64,000 bases of DNA. Origin: Octopus vulgaris (taxonomy: Eukaryota). Every line of letters begins with the position of its first letter. Position 1 is the first letter of the stretch. The stretch lies in NCBI GenBank assembly GCA_951406725.2, contig OX597825.1:46686001-46750000 (forward strand), written 5' to 3'. Below, piece after piece: positions 62,813 through 64,000 of the stretch. The notes beneath the pieces are model-generated. The model saw only the letters and a list, made by a program, of their open reading frames with translations, did no database searches and was not told where the DNA came from. The translations under genes and the position numbers were made by a program.

Positions 62813-63501
62813 GTAAGTATACTTAATTTAAGGAAAACATACAGTTACATGGTTTTTATACTGAAAAATTAATATAAATTATTGAAACTTTAAACTAATA
62901 AGTAGCGTTCTTAATCAGAATGAACCCAACAAATTCTTATTAATTCCTCTCCACTTCTCATCAATGAACGTATTGCTTAAATATATTTTCTAACAATACA
63001 TTCATTTATGCATTTCTATTCAAAGATTAAAAGTTGATATGACAAAAGTTACTTTTTAATAAGCATAATAAACAAATTGAATGTGTGACTAAATTTAATT
63101 ATATTTTGAAATAAAATGAATTCTGAAATAACTTTTAGAACATCAGAAGTTATCAATCATTTCGAGTCTTTCATGTTGAACTTTCTTACACTCTTAAATA
63201 TTGATGGTGTCTATATATTTCATATTATAGGTATGTTGTTTGATGTACCTAAGCTAAGCTTTTATTAGAAAATGACAGAGGGAAACAAAAAGTTCCTTTG
63301 GGGGGAAAATATGTGCATAATGAATGTAGATATATACTAGTTAAATGGCGCAGACATCAAAGATATAATTCTTTCACTGGGTCTAGTCACTACTAGTTTC
63401 TTTTAATTTCATTAAACACCATCAGGAATACAGAGTTCATATCAGAAATAAGTATGATTATTTTATGTAAATATATTTTTCTTTGTTTTTGTATTTTGTA
63501 G

Positions 63502-63624
63502 GTACACAATCAGGTTATCATGCCTTTACTTTTGGCCTTTATGTTGATGTACTTTTAACAAAAGTAGATCCCCTGAAACGTTCAATAGAACAAATCTATC
63601 AAGAAGAAATAATGATGCCTTTTG
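63502..63624 (+). CDS. Beta-lactamase domain protein, coding exon 5 (gene continues past the window)
   Basis: Acceptor ttttgtag; GTQSGYHAFTFGLYVDVLLTKVDPLKRSIEQIYQEEIMMPF; donor G|gtaagt; phases 1/1. Confidence 0.95.
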
Positions 63625-64000
63625 GTAAGTATAATTACCGACAAATATGGCCATAACAGTAAAAAAAGAGCAAATTACCAGCCATTTATGGATTTTTTCT
63701 AAAGCCATTTCATTTACACTGCTGTTTGATTGAGAATGTTAAGAATGTAACCATCACATTTCTCCCAGCTATGAATTTATGATATTGTGCTTTAATATTT
63801 AAAAAATTCTTAGTAGTTACTGTATGGCATGACTTTCAGGTATGAAGGTGAGAGCTTAGAGTCTACAATGAAATGTAGACTGTACTGTTCAATTGTGATG
63901 ATTGTTTTTGCACTCTCCAGGAGTGCATAAACAGTCAGCACAATTGAACTTACAGTACCCTGGGAGGACAGATTCGAAATTTTTGACCAGCAAAAGAAAA

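Overview
AT-rich, CpG-poor animal genomic DNA made up largely of nested transposable elements and microsatellites. The SINE/LINE repertoire looks like an octopus (coleoid cephalopod) genome; this is inferred from recall, not from a search. One host gene is clear: five coding exons (+, 37009-63624, continuing past the window end) of a serine beta-lactamase-like / family VIII esterase-like protein with SxxK (SASK), HQAGL and YHA motifs. Mobile elements include CR1 (near intact), RTE (open 3' ORF plus many tails), R4/Dong-like and CRE-like LINE relics, several Penelope-like elements (PLEs), Gypsy and BEL LTR elements, a solo LTR, a DD37D (maT) transposon, MITEs, a 2.8-kb foldback element and tRNA-derived SINEs. 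Most notable: (1) three RT-less, ORF1-only (CCHC) retroelements sit at the same site, just downstream of the TATA box, in both LTRs of one Gypsy element, and they share their 3' tail with a SINE; (2) a tRNA-headed short element carries a hammerhead-ribozyme motif and a PLE-style inverted copy; (3) several long near-perfect hairpins, some with hammerhead motifs, lie in the host gene's second intron. All family calls come from visual motif recognition, and boundaries of decayed elements are approximate.
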